Positions 36,524 to 49,126 of a stretch of DNA of 64,000 nt are shown here, piece after piece. Made by a program: the position numbers and the translations under genes. The number at the start of each line of letters is the position of its first letter. Position 1 is the first letter of the stretch. Source of the stretch: Paramoeba atlantica (lineage: Eukaryota > Protista > Discosea); NCBI GenBank assembly GCA_977017575.1, contig CDRNVI010000193.1, positions 4,323 to 68,322 on the forward strand, in the 5' to 3' direction. The notes under the pieces were generated by a model. It worked only from the letters and a program-made list of their open reading frames with translations. It ran no database searches and had not been told where the DNA came from.

Positions 36524-39500
36524 TCAAGGAGCAGAAGTGGGAATTGGGGCCACAAAGCTTTCTCTAAAGGGGATAAATTTCGCTGGAGGCAAAGGTTTTG
36601 TGAATATATCAGCAATATTCTCAGCAGATGGGGTTTGGTCAATTTTAAGGACTTTATCATCAATGGCATCATGAATGAAATGGTCACAAACATCAAAATG
36701 TTTGTTGCCTTGGGTTACTCTAGGAATTTCAGCAATGGCAGTTGCAGGTTTGGAATTGACTCGCATAGGGATAACATCATTGGATGGTAATTCAAGGTCT
36801 TTCAATAGGTTTCTTGCAAATTTGATTTCCCGGGCACATTCACTCATAGCATGGTATTCGGCTTCGCAACTTGATAAGCAAACTTGTGGGGATTTCTTAG
36901 AGCGCCAAGAGAGGGGTCTTCCATTGGCTCTAAGAGTATATCCATAGGAGGATTTTCGATCATCAAGGCAATCAGCATTGCTCGAGTCAGCATAGGCATC
37001 TACAAATAATTCTTCTTTGTTGAAATGAGATTTAGGGAAATACAGACCAAGATTTGAATTTTTCTTCAAATATCCAAGAACTTTCAAAGCAGCTTCATCA
37101 TGATGCTGGGCATGGTTGTGAAGGTAGTGAGAGCATTGTGAGACAGCAAAGGATATTTCAGGTCTAGTTTTCGTCAGCCAATTTAAAGATCCAACAAGGC
37201 TTGAGTAAGGAAAATCAGTAATTGGTTCATCTTCAGTCGGGGCAGATAGGAGCTTGGTATTTGCAGGCACATTGGAGAGCTTGACATCATATTTCTCAAA
37301 GGATTTCAGCACAGTTTCGAGGTAGGCACATTGATCAACAGTTATTTCATAAGCATTTTGTTTCACAGCACATCCAAGGAACCAAGAGCATTTACCATCA
37401 TTTTTCCACTTGAAATGATCATACAATTTTGTGTGGATTTCTTCTCTTAATGCATCAGAGGTGCATACATCAAGGGTATCATCAACAACAGTCAGAAATA
37501 GGCAGAAATTACCATTATCATCATGTCAGATGTAGAGATTGGGGTCTGGTTTACTGCATTTGAATCCTAATTCTTCCACAAGGAATTTTCAAAAGGTCAA
37601 ATTCCATCTTTGTCCAGCAATTGGCACTCCATACAAGGCTTTGTTCAACATGCAAACCCAGTCAGGATGAGCAGGGTCTTTAAATCCTTCTGGTTGCTCC
37701 ACATAATAAACAATATTTCCTTTTGGCATTTCTGATTGAAGATAGGCACCAGGGACATCACCAGAGTCAACTTCAAGGCCATACATTGCAGCAACTGCAT
37801 AGGTTAGATTAAGAGAGGTGGATGTTGTGGATCCAGAGTAATTGTCTTCAAAGCCAAGTTCAGGGTCAGAATTCAATTTCTTTGTCACACCACTTCCATC
37901 AGCACAGTAATAAGCCTTGTAACTTTTGATTTTTCCATCCTCAGTTTTAATTTGAAAGCACCAAATACCTCTCATAATTATGTGTTTCTTTCCATCTTGG
38001 TTTGGTTTTGGGTGGGGAACGAGCGTCCAAGTCTTATTTTCATGGTGAGCAGCTATTTCACAGCAACAGGCTTCAATCCATTCATTTCTTTGTTCACTTC
38101 TTTGTGCTTGGTAGAACGAGCGAGGTGTTTTCTTGTTCAAGATAACAGTGTCAGCAAACATTGCATGGTGAAGATGAGAGAGGAAATTGTGTCCATGTAG
38201 ATGGTCAGGAGCGAGATTTGGATCCATCAAAGGGTGATGTGCAGGTGGAGCAGCAATTCTACCAGATCAACAGGGTTGTGGTTCTTCTTTTACAGATTCA
38301 TGTTCATTCTCAGAATTAGAATTCGAGTTATCTTTTGAATCAGATTCAATATCAGGTTCAGATTCAGGTTCAGGGTCATTAAAAAGGGTTCTACAAGCAG
38401 TGCTAGAGTGAGCACTTGATTGGGACAGAGGATCAAGGCGTTTGTTCACTCATAGAGGCGCTTTTTGAATCTTCAAAGGGGTGCTCAGAGAGTTTGGGTT
38501 GGTTCTATATGGAGAAAGATTGATAACTACATCATCAGCTTCTTCAACATCAGAGGATTCAATTAATTCTTCTTTTTCCTTTTCAATTGGTTCAAGGTTG
38601 ATATTCATTAACTTTAGAATTTCTTCATCCTTAGGGATAGATTCTTCATTTTCAATATCATCAGATAAATGCACATTGGAATGTCTTCTTGGAGATTCGG
38701 ATATTGGCAAGATATCCTGCGAGCCAGCTTCAATTTGCTCTCCATTTGGACTATTAGTTTCCACAAATTCATCATCAGATACAACGAGTTCTTCCCAAGA
38801 GTTTGGGACAAATTCAGGGGGTTCAATAAAATTTTCTTCATCATAAAAATCGAAATTATTCACTTTGCAACTTGTGACATCATCACTATCATCTAAACTT
38901 GTTTTGTTTTCACCTTCCACATAATATCTTGGCAATCTTCCAAGGGCACTTCTCTTCTTCAATTCAGGGATCCCAAAAGCATATTCATCAAATAAAACGC
39001 TCAAGCTTTGGAAAGTTTTCTGTTGGATTGGGTTAAATAGCAAAAATCCATGCATATTGTCGGTAGGTCCCAAATTAATTCCAGCTCTTGAAACAGGGTC
39101 AGTTTTGGAGCGCATTTCTCAAGAAATATGAGTGAAAGCATGGCAGCCAAAGGTTCTAATTAAATCCATTGAGGGTTTTCTCTCATACAATTTTTCAAGA
39201 GGAGTAATCTTCTCACCTTCTTTCACAGTCATAGAGATTAATTTTGCAGCCATTCTTTCAACAAATTCCCAAAAATTAGCAGGTAATCCAGCAGCCAGAC
39301 GAATTGCTTGGGCAGTACTCCATTAAGTATAATTTCCTCTTTCAGCAACACCATTTTCTTGAGGGCAGCAAGGGCTGGAACAGTGGATTTCAATTCCTTT
39401 CTTGTGACAGTATATACCAAGAGAGGTTTCTTGCCCAATAAATTCAAAGGCTCCATCACATTATAAAATCTTCACTTTCACACCAGCTTGTCTCTCCAAT

Positions 39501-41271
39501 TTTTGAATTACATCAATTATCTTATTGCCAGCATCAGATTTTCTTTTAATAAATTGAGATAAATCGCAGCCAGAGTAGTCTTCAATAATCGAGATCGAGT
39601 ATTTGTTGTTATGGTAAGAGAGAGTAGACTTCTCATGCAAATCAATGTGTAACATCTCACCACAGCATCAAAAAGTGTGGCAACCACTATGATGAGGTCT
39701 CATCTTATTCTTCGCAAAAATACAGGCATCACAAACTTGGTCAGGATCAGCAATCAGGTCTTTGTAGTTGGGAGGCAGCCCATGAATGGCTTTCACACCA
39801 ATTGTTCTAGCAAACCGGAAAGATGGCCATGTCTTTGATGCCATAACTTCAATTCTTTTTCACATTCAGGATTTAAGGTTCAACAAATTCTCTTCTTTGG
39901 TCCAGTTTCATCAGAAGCAATGTATTCATTTGCATCAGCTTCTTCAATTACTTTTTGAGTACAATAAACATGGTTCATATTAGGGAGTGGCAAGTGATAA
40001 AGTCCATTTCTTTGGCTTCCAGATAAAATCTTTTCAGCTTCAGAAAGTGGAATTTTCTTTCTTGTCACTTTGACACCATCCTTGTCGAAAATAATCAAGG
40101 TGTTCCAAGTCTCACACATTTGAGATACAGAAAGCAAGTTCAGGGTACAATCTGGCACAACAGAAATATTCTCAAGAAGTTTCATATCTTTTGCTAAATT
40201 TAAATCACCTTGAAGGACACCTTGGATCAAATCACCATTGGCTTGCGAGATTTCAAAAATTTCGTCAGGTTTACAGGCATTCACAAGGTATTCTCTTGAT
40301 TTCAGAATAGAAGTTGTGCATCCAGAATCAATAATTGCTTCATTATCTGAGAAGAGTTGAAGTCTTTTTTTTTCAGGGGCAGAGAAAGATTTTAAAACAG
40401 ACAAAAAGCACACAGGAAACCCTTTATTGGTCATTTTAACTTTCCATTCTTCAAACTGTTGTTGGAATTCAAGGAACTCACGAAAAGCAATTTCACCAGC
40501 TGGTGCCTTAGAGAGAAAGCATTTTCGCGCCATATGGTGTCCAAGACCACAATTAAAACATTTATATGGTCTCTTTGGCGGTTCTTCCCAACCAGGTCGA
40601 GTTCGAAGAGCAGAGTATGGATCTTGACGATACTGAGGAGCATAGGATTGTTGATTTCGCTGATAAGATGCATTTTGATTGTATTGTGGAGGAATATTAG
40701 GTGGGGCTGGGGATTGAGTAAGGGGTTGGATAGGCAATTGGGACAGGACAGGGGAAGGAGAGGGAACAGGAGTGAGAGAGGGAGAAGGAGAGAATGGAGG
40801 TGCTGGAGAAGGAAAAGATGCAGGAACTTGAATAGATGGAGAATAAGAGGACGAGGAAACAGGTGCTGGGCTGGCAAATGCTTGATGAGCAACATTAGCT
40901 GAGTGGCTCTTGTTCATTATTTCTTTCATCACTTTTTCTTTCTCAACTAGGTCTTTTTTTGTCCATTCGAAATCCCAATTCTTCCCTTCTGCAGTTTGTC
41001 GGATTGTTAGAATGGTTTGGGCCCACGTTTGACTTCCAATTCTGTGTAGAAGAGTGGTTACTTTTTCTTCATTTGAGATTTCAACACCACTGTTTTCACA
41101 CATCAATATTATTAATGATATGTGGGTGGTCATCTGCTTGAAGGATTCACCTTGCAATCTTTGAAAAGCATCAAATTCTTTCCTCAGCACCTTCTTCTTC
41201 TCATCCTCATCCACCAAATACGTTTCTCTTAAGAACTTGATTAAAGTATACGGTTTTCCAAGAAATCTCAT
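36524..41271 (-). pseudogene. pol: Copia-2 gag-pol polyprotein (stop-interrupted)
   Basis: ORF-track segments 39880-41271, 39461-39655, 38450-39115, 37589-38230 and 36524-37426 carry copia motifs in PR-IN-RT-RH order. Confidence 0.9.
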
Positions 41272-41681
41272 ATTTTGTGTTGCCTGCTTCAGGTCTGGTT
41301 GTAAGCAGTTTCAGATGAGTTGCACGACTTGGAGATGATTGATTTTCTGATTCTCAACTCTTATCAATGATTTCTCAGGGACTACTCCTTCATTAGCTTG
41401 TGCAGTGGGTACTTCAGCAGCATCATCAATAGTCAAATGATGATCAAGTCTTAACGCATAAAGGTGACTGTTGAGTGAATTGAACCAAGACTTAAAATCT
41501 GTTGCATTAAATTTCTCCTTAAATTGCCCAAACTGGATGTTCTGGGAAATGTTGGGTTTGTAATTGGGGAAGGTCTTTTGATATTGTGGATCCAGGGATA
41601 CAAATAAAACAAAAACAAAAACAAAACAAGAAAGAAGTGTGATGGGAGAGTAGACCTCTTCCTCGCTAACAACTTCACCCA

Positions 41682-41705
41682 GGGCAGAGCTCTAGACTCT
41701 TAATC
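41682..41705 (-). promoter_or_regulatory. Copia-2 primer-binding site complementary to the tRNA-Lys(CUU) anticodon arm and D-arm 3' side
   Basis: The plus strand reads GGGCAGAGCTCTAGACTCTTAATC, compared with canonical tRNA-Lys GGTAGAGCATGAGACTCTTAATC. Confidence 0.75.
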
Positions 41706-41708
41706 TGT

Positions 41709-41752
<44 letters not shown>

Positions 41753-41834
41753 AGGGGTTCAAGATACAATTGTCTGAATTTCCTATCTTTTGTTGTAGTG
41801 TGTATTCTTGTGGCTGGTTGCCACAGAAAATATT

Positions 41835-44102
41835 ATGGAAACCTCTTCACCCAGTGTAAAGGAAGGAGAGGGATTTCCTGCCAGAAACGCCTGGTCAGGA
41901 CAAGCAGATAGTGAATCATTTGCTCAAGTTGTTAAAAAAAGTGAAAGAAAGAAAAGACCTCTTGAAACCAAGGAAGGCTTTCCAGCCTCCAAAGGTCTCA
42001 GCAATGTGTTACACGAGATTGATCAGAACAATGTCAGACTATACCAAGGTTTAGTTATGTGCCTGAACCCAAAAACTGTTGTTGGAGCCAAGTCAAGACC
42101 AACAAAGTTAGTGGAATCACTGGATTTTAGACCAGGACTTCCCAACTTCAACAAGGTTATCAAAGCAATTGAAAATGTGACTTCTCTTAAAGGGAAGATT
42201 TTTGTGAACATCAAGCAGGGCCATTTTGTGATCTCAGTGCTTGAGAACATGGATGCTGCCAGTGTAGAAAAAGAGTTTTTGAACAAAGGCAACAAATTGG
42301 CAAAAAAACTCAAGAAATCCTTTGTCTGGAGGAACAACAAGGACACAAAATTGTGGGGGCTCAAAATCAGGGTTCCCTTTAAAGCCGAGGGCGTGGAGTG
42401 GATCCAGAATCTTTTTGCTGACCTAAATTCTCTTTTGAGACATAATTTGAAGGAAGTAGTTCAAATAGCCCAAAATTGTATTGTTTTGGTTTACAACCAA
42501 ATCCCCATTAACCTTGTCTGTCTCATTGCCCACACCAAGGGGTGGTTGGGGATTAGTGATACTCAAGCTTGAGTTTCTGTTTGGACCCCAGCAAGGCCCT
42601 TTGATAAAGTGGTGAAATGCCCCACTTGCCAAATTAACCATCCTGCTTGTTTGGATTGTTTATTTGAAATTTTACAAAAAAAGGATCCAAGTGAAGTTGG
42701 CAATATGGCAAGAATGGAAATGTACTTGATCAACACCTGTGACCCCAAAGGAGTTAAGATAAGAAAACAAGCTGCCAGAGATGGTGTGCAATTTAACTTT
42801 GTCTCACCTGAAGGAGTCCCCTCATCCTGTGCCCCCCTTGGTAAAACTGGTGAGCCTATGGTGGTGGGCCCTGAGAGAATAGATCAAACTTCTCCCAAGT
42901 CACAAGCTTCTAAGCCTGCTGAAGGTCTCTCCCCCATTGGTGTTAAAAAAGATGGCTCAAATTTACCTGTGTGTAATGCTGGTGGCCAAGGGTTGGTGTC
43001 TTGTTCACCTAATGTTATTCCTGCTGAACCTACCCCTCCAAAGGGCCCCCCTCCTGTGAAGAAGAGCCATGAAGTTGTACCCAATAACTTCAAAGTACCT
43101 TCTTCCACAACTAAGGGATCAGCTGTCCAAAAGAGTTCCTCTGTGGGTCCAGTCAAGCATGATGCTGCAGCTCTGAGTAAGACAAGTTCATTTTCTCCCA
43201 TCAAGACCAAAACCCCTTCGAAAATTAAAACAATAAATGGGAGCAGCAAACAAGGTAGTGGATTCTCAGTGCCCCCCATATTGCCAGCCCAGCAACCACA
43301 AGCTCAACCAAAAAAGAAGAGTACCCGGACATCGGTGAACACATGTTCCAACCCAGTAGTCTCTTCCTTTAAGTCTGCTTCTTCACCAAAAGAGACTGTG
43401 GGCAAGTCAAGAAATTGTGCTGATTCTGTGATCCAGAAGAAGGAGAACAGAAGAAGCCAACCTGTTTCTGGCCCTGCTCCCATCTTCATCAACGAAGAAG
43501 ATTTACCGGTCGAAAATGGATTGGTGGAGGAACCTGACAATAGAAGGGAGGCGAAATCAATGTTAAAGAAATTGAACCTGAACATCAAATGGGCAAGTGC
43601 AACTGAGGATTTCAGAAGAGTTTATGAGGGGTTGGAGAATGGCTCAATTTTCCCAGAGGATAGGAGATTAAGGTGTCAAGCTTTCTATTTGGTTGAGTAC
43701 CTTATGAAGACAGGATGCACCAAGAGGAAGAAGGGCGGATCAGAAGAGGTGATTAATGTTAGAGTAGGGTGGGAGAAAGGAAAGAATGAGAGTGAAGAGG
43801 AAAAGGGAAAAATATCACAAAAGAAAAGAAAAATTGCACAAGAAAAGGGAAGCGGGGAAAGAAAGCTGGTGAATTTTCCAAATGAGGAAGGGGTTGTTCA
43901 TCCACTTATGGAAAAACCTGAGGAAAGAGGTGGTGGTGTCCAAGACAGTGTCCCCTTTTCCTGTTCGTTTGAAGGGTCAGATATGAGAGTGGAAGGAGAA
44001 GAGGAGGAAGAGGGGGATGCTATGGAGATCGAAACGAACAAGGAGTTTGCCAGAACAACCCAAGCAAGGAGAGAGAGTGAGGGAGGGAAGTCAGTTGTTT
44101 AA
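41835..44102 (+). pseudogene. LINE-A ORF1 (~755 aa), one premature TGA at 42570
   Basis: ORFs 41808-42572 and 42609-44102 share a frame; the minus-strand copy has CGA at the homologous codon. Confidence 0.9.
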
Positions 44103-44199
44103 AAAAAAAAACACAAAAACACAAAAACACAAAAACACAAAAACACAAAAACACAAAAACACAAAAACACAAAAACAAAAAAAAAAAAAAAACAAACAA
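44103..44199 (+). repeat. (AAAAACAC)n inter-ORF spacer of LINE-A
   Basis: About 8 tandem 8-mers flanked by A-runs; also present in the minus-strand copy. Confidence 0.9.
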
Positions 44200-47100
44200 A
44201 TGATGACTAAACTCAGGAAGAAGAAGAATAAGAAGAGAAAGGAAAAGGGATTGGTGGATATTAGAAGTAGCTTTGGTGTGGGCCCCCAGGTAGCTCCTCC
44301 CCTGACAACAAACTTGCCTAATGTATCCCAGTCAGAGTGCCTCCCATCAGGTCCTCTGAGTGAGCCAGGAGTTGACCCCTGTGATAGGTCCTCAACTAAT
44401 TTAAGTGAGAGTGATGAATGTAGGTTTCCTGATGCATGTGTTATCTCCTGGAACATGAATGGGATTCAAAATTTCGAAAAATTGAGAACCCTTTGGAAGA
44501 TGGCTGGGAGTTGTTGGCCTCTTTTCATTTTGATTCAAGAATCTCACTCTGATTTTGAATGCGACCTTGATCTCATTAGGAACCAATTGAGGAAGTATAT
44601 CTGGTTGAGAGACAACTCCTCTGGGAAGAGGAGGGGTCTGCTCATTGGAGTTAGGCGGATGGAGGGGGTGAAAGAGATCTCTCCCTGTTTCTTTGACCAA
44701 ACCATGAGTGGATTATTTGGTGTCCATGTGACTATTGGATTGACAAACTATTCTGTCCTGAATATATACCGTCACCCTGACCTCAAAGTAGCCACCATCT
44801 CACAGGAGACCACTCGTTTTTTCGGCCAGAACCCCAGGAGCATAAATATCTTTGGGGGTGATTTCAATTGGGATGTGAAGGAAAAACAGATGGGGGAAAT
44901 TGAAAAGTGTTGTGCTTCTCTCTGTATGTCATGCTTGAAATGGGATGAACCCACCCATTATAAAGGGAGGTGTATCAACCATATCTTCTTCTTGTCCAAG
45001 GCTCCATTAAAATGTTTGTTTATCAATGCCATCCCGTCTGGCTTTAAAGATCATGCACTGCTGATTGGAGGATCCTCGTTTAAGGAATGGGAGATTCAGG
45101 CAAATAAGAAATCCATCCCTGAGTATTTGATTAATGACCATGGGTTCATCAACACTCTTATTGAGAGGATGGGTACCTTCTCCAAGGGTGATGATCCCAA
45201 CGAGTTTTTGACCAGATTTAAAACCACAGCTTGGGAATTAGTTCCCTACTGGAGAGAAAGAAACACTGAGGCAGCATTGTTCAGAGAACTGTGGAAGATC
45301 CACTCTCTTGTAAGATCCCTTCACAATTCTCGCATTCTGAGGAAATCTACTGTCCAGAGGCCATACTCTTCCCTTGAAATGGGTCTGTTGGACCAGGCCT
45401 CCCTTGGTTGGAAAGGTCCAAAGGAAGGGAAGTCATGGAGGAGAGGAATAATCCCCAGAATGATTTCTGCAGTGCTCAAGAAGATTGAATGTATTGAAGG
45501 ACAGTTGGGGATCTTTATTGACAGCCACCCTGCGAGGCCTAAAGTGAGATCATCCCCAAGGGTTAAAGGAATTGTTGTGGATGGGGTCATTTCCAGAGAT
45601 AATGGTGTGGTCCAGAAAGCAATTAAAGAATTTTGGGGGAATCTATTGGGCTCAGTGAGGCCATACAACAAGGACTCTCTCCAGAAGCTGATTGAGAACC
45701 ATAAACCTCGGTTTCCTAAGGTTGATTACCATATTGTTGATGGGGCCAAGGTTGATAAACTGCTGCGACAGTGCAATAATTCAAGTGCTGGCCCAGATGG
45801 TATCCCCTTTGCTCTCTACAGAGTGACAAGTGAACAGCTGTGTGATATGTGGTGTGAACTTATCCAGAGAGCTGGGGAATCAATGGATTTCCCTGAGTCA
45901 TTTGGGGAGAGTCAGCTTGTGTTACTACCTAAGATTGAGAATATTCCTCATCCTGACCAATTTCGACCAATAAGTATTACCAATTCTGATTATTGGATTG
46001 TGATGAGATATTGGGCCAAATGGCTGATGGAGAGTGCCAGAGAGGTGATTTCCCCAGAACAAAATGCTATATTTGCTGGAAGGTCCATTGATAATGCAGT
46101 GGAATTGATACATGATGGGTTTATGGAAGTGGTAGCAGAGGGCAAAGACATGACCATCCTCCAAACTGACTTCTGTAAGGCCTATGACTATGTTAACTGT
46201 GAAGCCCTTATGGAGTTGCTGATTGGGTTGAATGCTCCACCCCAAGCCCTTGAAGTTGTATCTAAAGTTCTGTGAGAGTCAGATACATGGCTCCCAACTG
46301 TAGGATCGAATGATAAGACACAGAAGGAAGCCATCAAGAGCTGGACTGGTGTGCGACAAGGCTGCCCCATTTCACCTCTTCTGTTCATTATCCTTTTTGA
46401 TGTTTTATTGGTTAGTTTGAACAATGGGGGTGACCTTGAGAAGCTTGCCGGGTTCATGGATGACTTAGCCCTTCTCCTTCACAGGGTCCAGTCCATAAAT
46501 TCCTTGACCTCGACCTTCCAAGAATATGAACAAGGAACCAGAGCCAAACTCAACTACAACAAATGCTTTGTATTGTCAACTGAAAAATTCTCTCCTGTGG
46601 GCCCTTGGGTTGAAATGCCTTCAGCTAATTATTTGGGAGAGGAGACTGTGTACTTGGGAGTTACAATTTCTCGAAGAATGAACCCAACTAAAGACTGGGA
46701 AGGGGTGATCAAGAAAATGCAGAAGGTTGGAACAGCAATTAAGCAAAGGAAAGGCAGCTTCAAGGAGAGAGTCCAGATGATCAATACTTACCTTATTCCT
46801 TGTATGGGTTATTTGGCAAGATTCAAGCTTATCTCAAAAGCTGTCTCCTCGAAGATGTGGAAGGCCATTCATTCAGCCTTAGGCGCATATGCAAATCTAA
46901 AGTCCTGTGTAATGACCTCTCTTTGTCCCCCCTTCTTTGAAAAACCCCAAGTTAGACACCCTATTCTGTTTAACTGGGTGCTGCTGATATTGAGGAAACC
47001 TCTCCAAGATCATTATAGGAATCCATTGTCCATTGGGGCCATGAGGATTGATGCTTTGGAAGCTAGTGGCACTATCTCAGAACAAGTGAGGATGGGCTCC

Positions 47101-48555
47101 AAAACCAAGAGATCCTTCTTTCTCCTCTCTCGGAACATTTCTGTGGGAGTGGAGAATTTCTATGTGGGGGATGGGTGCTTGAAATGTGTGATCTATAATT
47201 TGTCTCTTCCACAAAGACCCCAGATTAAGCGGAACCTTTTGAAATTTTTTTTGAGGGGTCTTCCAACTGTGGATAAGATTGCCCATTTTATATCTGTGAG
47301 TCCACTTTGTCGGCTGTGTAGGAAAGCCAAAGAGTCAAGGGTGCACCTCCTTGAAGAATGTCTGAAAGTTAAGGCAATTTTGAAAACTATTGGGAGGAGA
47401 TGCTTTGTTTTAAAGATTCCTGGGTGGGAGAGTGCCAACTTTGTGTGTGGATTTATGAACCAGTATCTAAAGAAGGCTGAAGCATCTGCAGTGAGTGCAG
47501 CCCTATTGAGCTTGTGGATCACTGTATGTGCAGAAGGATCGAAGTTCCCAAGCTTTGCTGTTAAAATTTTTGATGAAATTGCTAAGACAAACAAGATGAT
47601 CCCCAAACAAACTATAAGAAAGGCTCCCCCCAAAGGTAAAAGAGAAGTGAAACAACCAAAGTTCAAGTACCCTGCCTTGCAAGTGTTTTATGATGGCTCT
47701 GGGCGTGTAGACCCCGACATTGGGGGAGCTGGGTATGTGATTATTAAGGAAGGTTTGAAGGTTGGAGGTGGATTTGAAACAATCCCACTAGGCTCAAATA
47801 ACTTGGGTGAGTTTTCGGGATGCTTAGCTGGTCTACAACAAGTTATTGGCTTTGGGCAACACATAGAGATGGTGGGAGATTGTAAAATTCTGACTGAGGC
47901 AGCGCCTAAGATGAAACCAATTGATAACTTTGAGCTCAATGAGATCCTATCTGAGATCAGAAATATTGCTAAGAGTAAATTTGCCAAAGTGGAGTACACT
48001 CATGTGTATTGTGAATTCAACAAGAGGTCAGATGTGATTGCAACAGCAGCAAGTCACTCTGAAGAGGATGGGATGGAAGCTGTGTTTGATAGGAACTGGG
48101 ATCCAAGATTGAAACAACTAGCAACAACCAGTGAGGAATGGATTATTGAGAATTCCAAGCTGTGGAAGTGGGTGATTGAACTGTTGGATTTGGATTGGAG
48201 CTTCCCTGTGAAGAAAGTTCAGTTTAAGAGGAGGTTTAAGGACAAGGTGATTACAACTAATAATGTTTACTTCCCAGTACAAGCTGCACTGGATGGGGTG
48301 ATGATTTCTCCTGTGTTCATTTCAGATGATATTGTCAAGTGGTTTCCAGAAAGAGCTGCACCTGGAGAGATGTTAGAAAGTTTTGTTGAAAAAGAAAACC
48401 GAAAATGGAGAGAGGAGTATGAGCAAGCAAGGAACTGTTGGTTGAAGAGTGCAATGAGACCTTCCATTGTAAGGAAGATTATTAGGCCTATTAAGGCTGT
48501 TGAGAAGAAAAAAATTTTGAAAGAGATTCAAATGAGAAATAGAAAGAAACATTAG
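44200..48555 (+). pseudogene. LINE-A ORF2 (~1450 aa): APE, RT (FMDD), CxxC..H..C finger, RNase H, C-terminal extension; one premature TGA at 46273
   Basis: ISWNMNG, IQESH, GGDFN; SAGPDGI, FRPIS, TDFCKAYD, RQGCPISPLLF, GFMDD; CRLCRKAKESRVHLLEEC; FYDGSG...NNLGE...VGDC...NKRSD. Confidence 0.95.
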
Positions 48556-49126
48556 AGCTTTTGGCCACTAAGTTGGCACTGAAGTGGGTTGATCCTACTT
48601 GATTATAACAATTTAATTTAAGTGTATTCTTGGGTGTCCAGATTACACTTCATTTCAATAAATGGCATCTCTGATGTCTAAAATTAAAAAAAAAAAAAAA
48701 AAGACTCTTAATCTGTGTGGCCAAGGGGAAGAGGGAAAGGGACAAGAAAAACACAACAGAAAGGAACTGAAGAGAATGATTTATTTGTATCAACAAACAG
48801 AAAAGGGGGAACAAATGATTTGTGACAGCAGAGAAAAAGGGGGGAAAACAACACAAAACAAAGGAGAGAAAGACAGTGAAAACAGTGTGAAAAGAGTGTT
48901 TTAGTGGCAGATAACTGCAATAGAACGCAGGTGGATCATTCATGAATCAACATCCCGAAAAGCATGGAGAAAAGGAAAAAGACAGGAGAAAAGAGAAGGG
49001 AGGAAAAGTGAGAAAAGGGGAAAAAGAAAAGGGAAAGGAAGGAAAGAGGAAAGAGAGAGAAGGAGGGAGGAAGGATGAGAGAAGAGGAAGGGAAAGAAGA
49101 GAGAGAGAGAAAAAAGAGAAGAAGGA

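Larger units (their letters stand above)
41711..48702 (+). mobile_element. LINE-A, full-length (~7 kb) non-LTR retrotransposon inserted at the copia-2 LTR/PBS junction
   Basis: 16-bp TSD agactcttaatctgtg at 41694-41709 and 48702-48717; 5' A40; two ORFs; AATAAA, hairpin and poly(A) at the 3' end. Confidence 0.97.

Noticed and set aside
41694-41709. Strict sequence-specific targeting of tRNA-Lys by LINE-A
   Set aside because: One case only; the second LINE-A copy and the other TSDs show no shared motif. Kept as a low-weight finding.
44103-44199. CRISPR-like array
   Set aside because: A simple 8-mer tandem repeat with no spacers; no CRISPR array or cas gene anywhere in the window.
44017-44202. 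Programmed frameshift joining LINE-A ORF1 and ORF2 through the open repeat spacer
   Set aside because: The stop-to-ATG distance is 100 nt here and 83 nt in the other copy, so phase is not conserved; the open frame reflects the lack of T.
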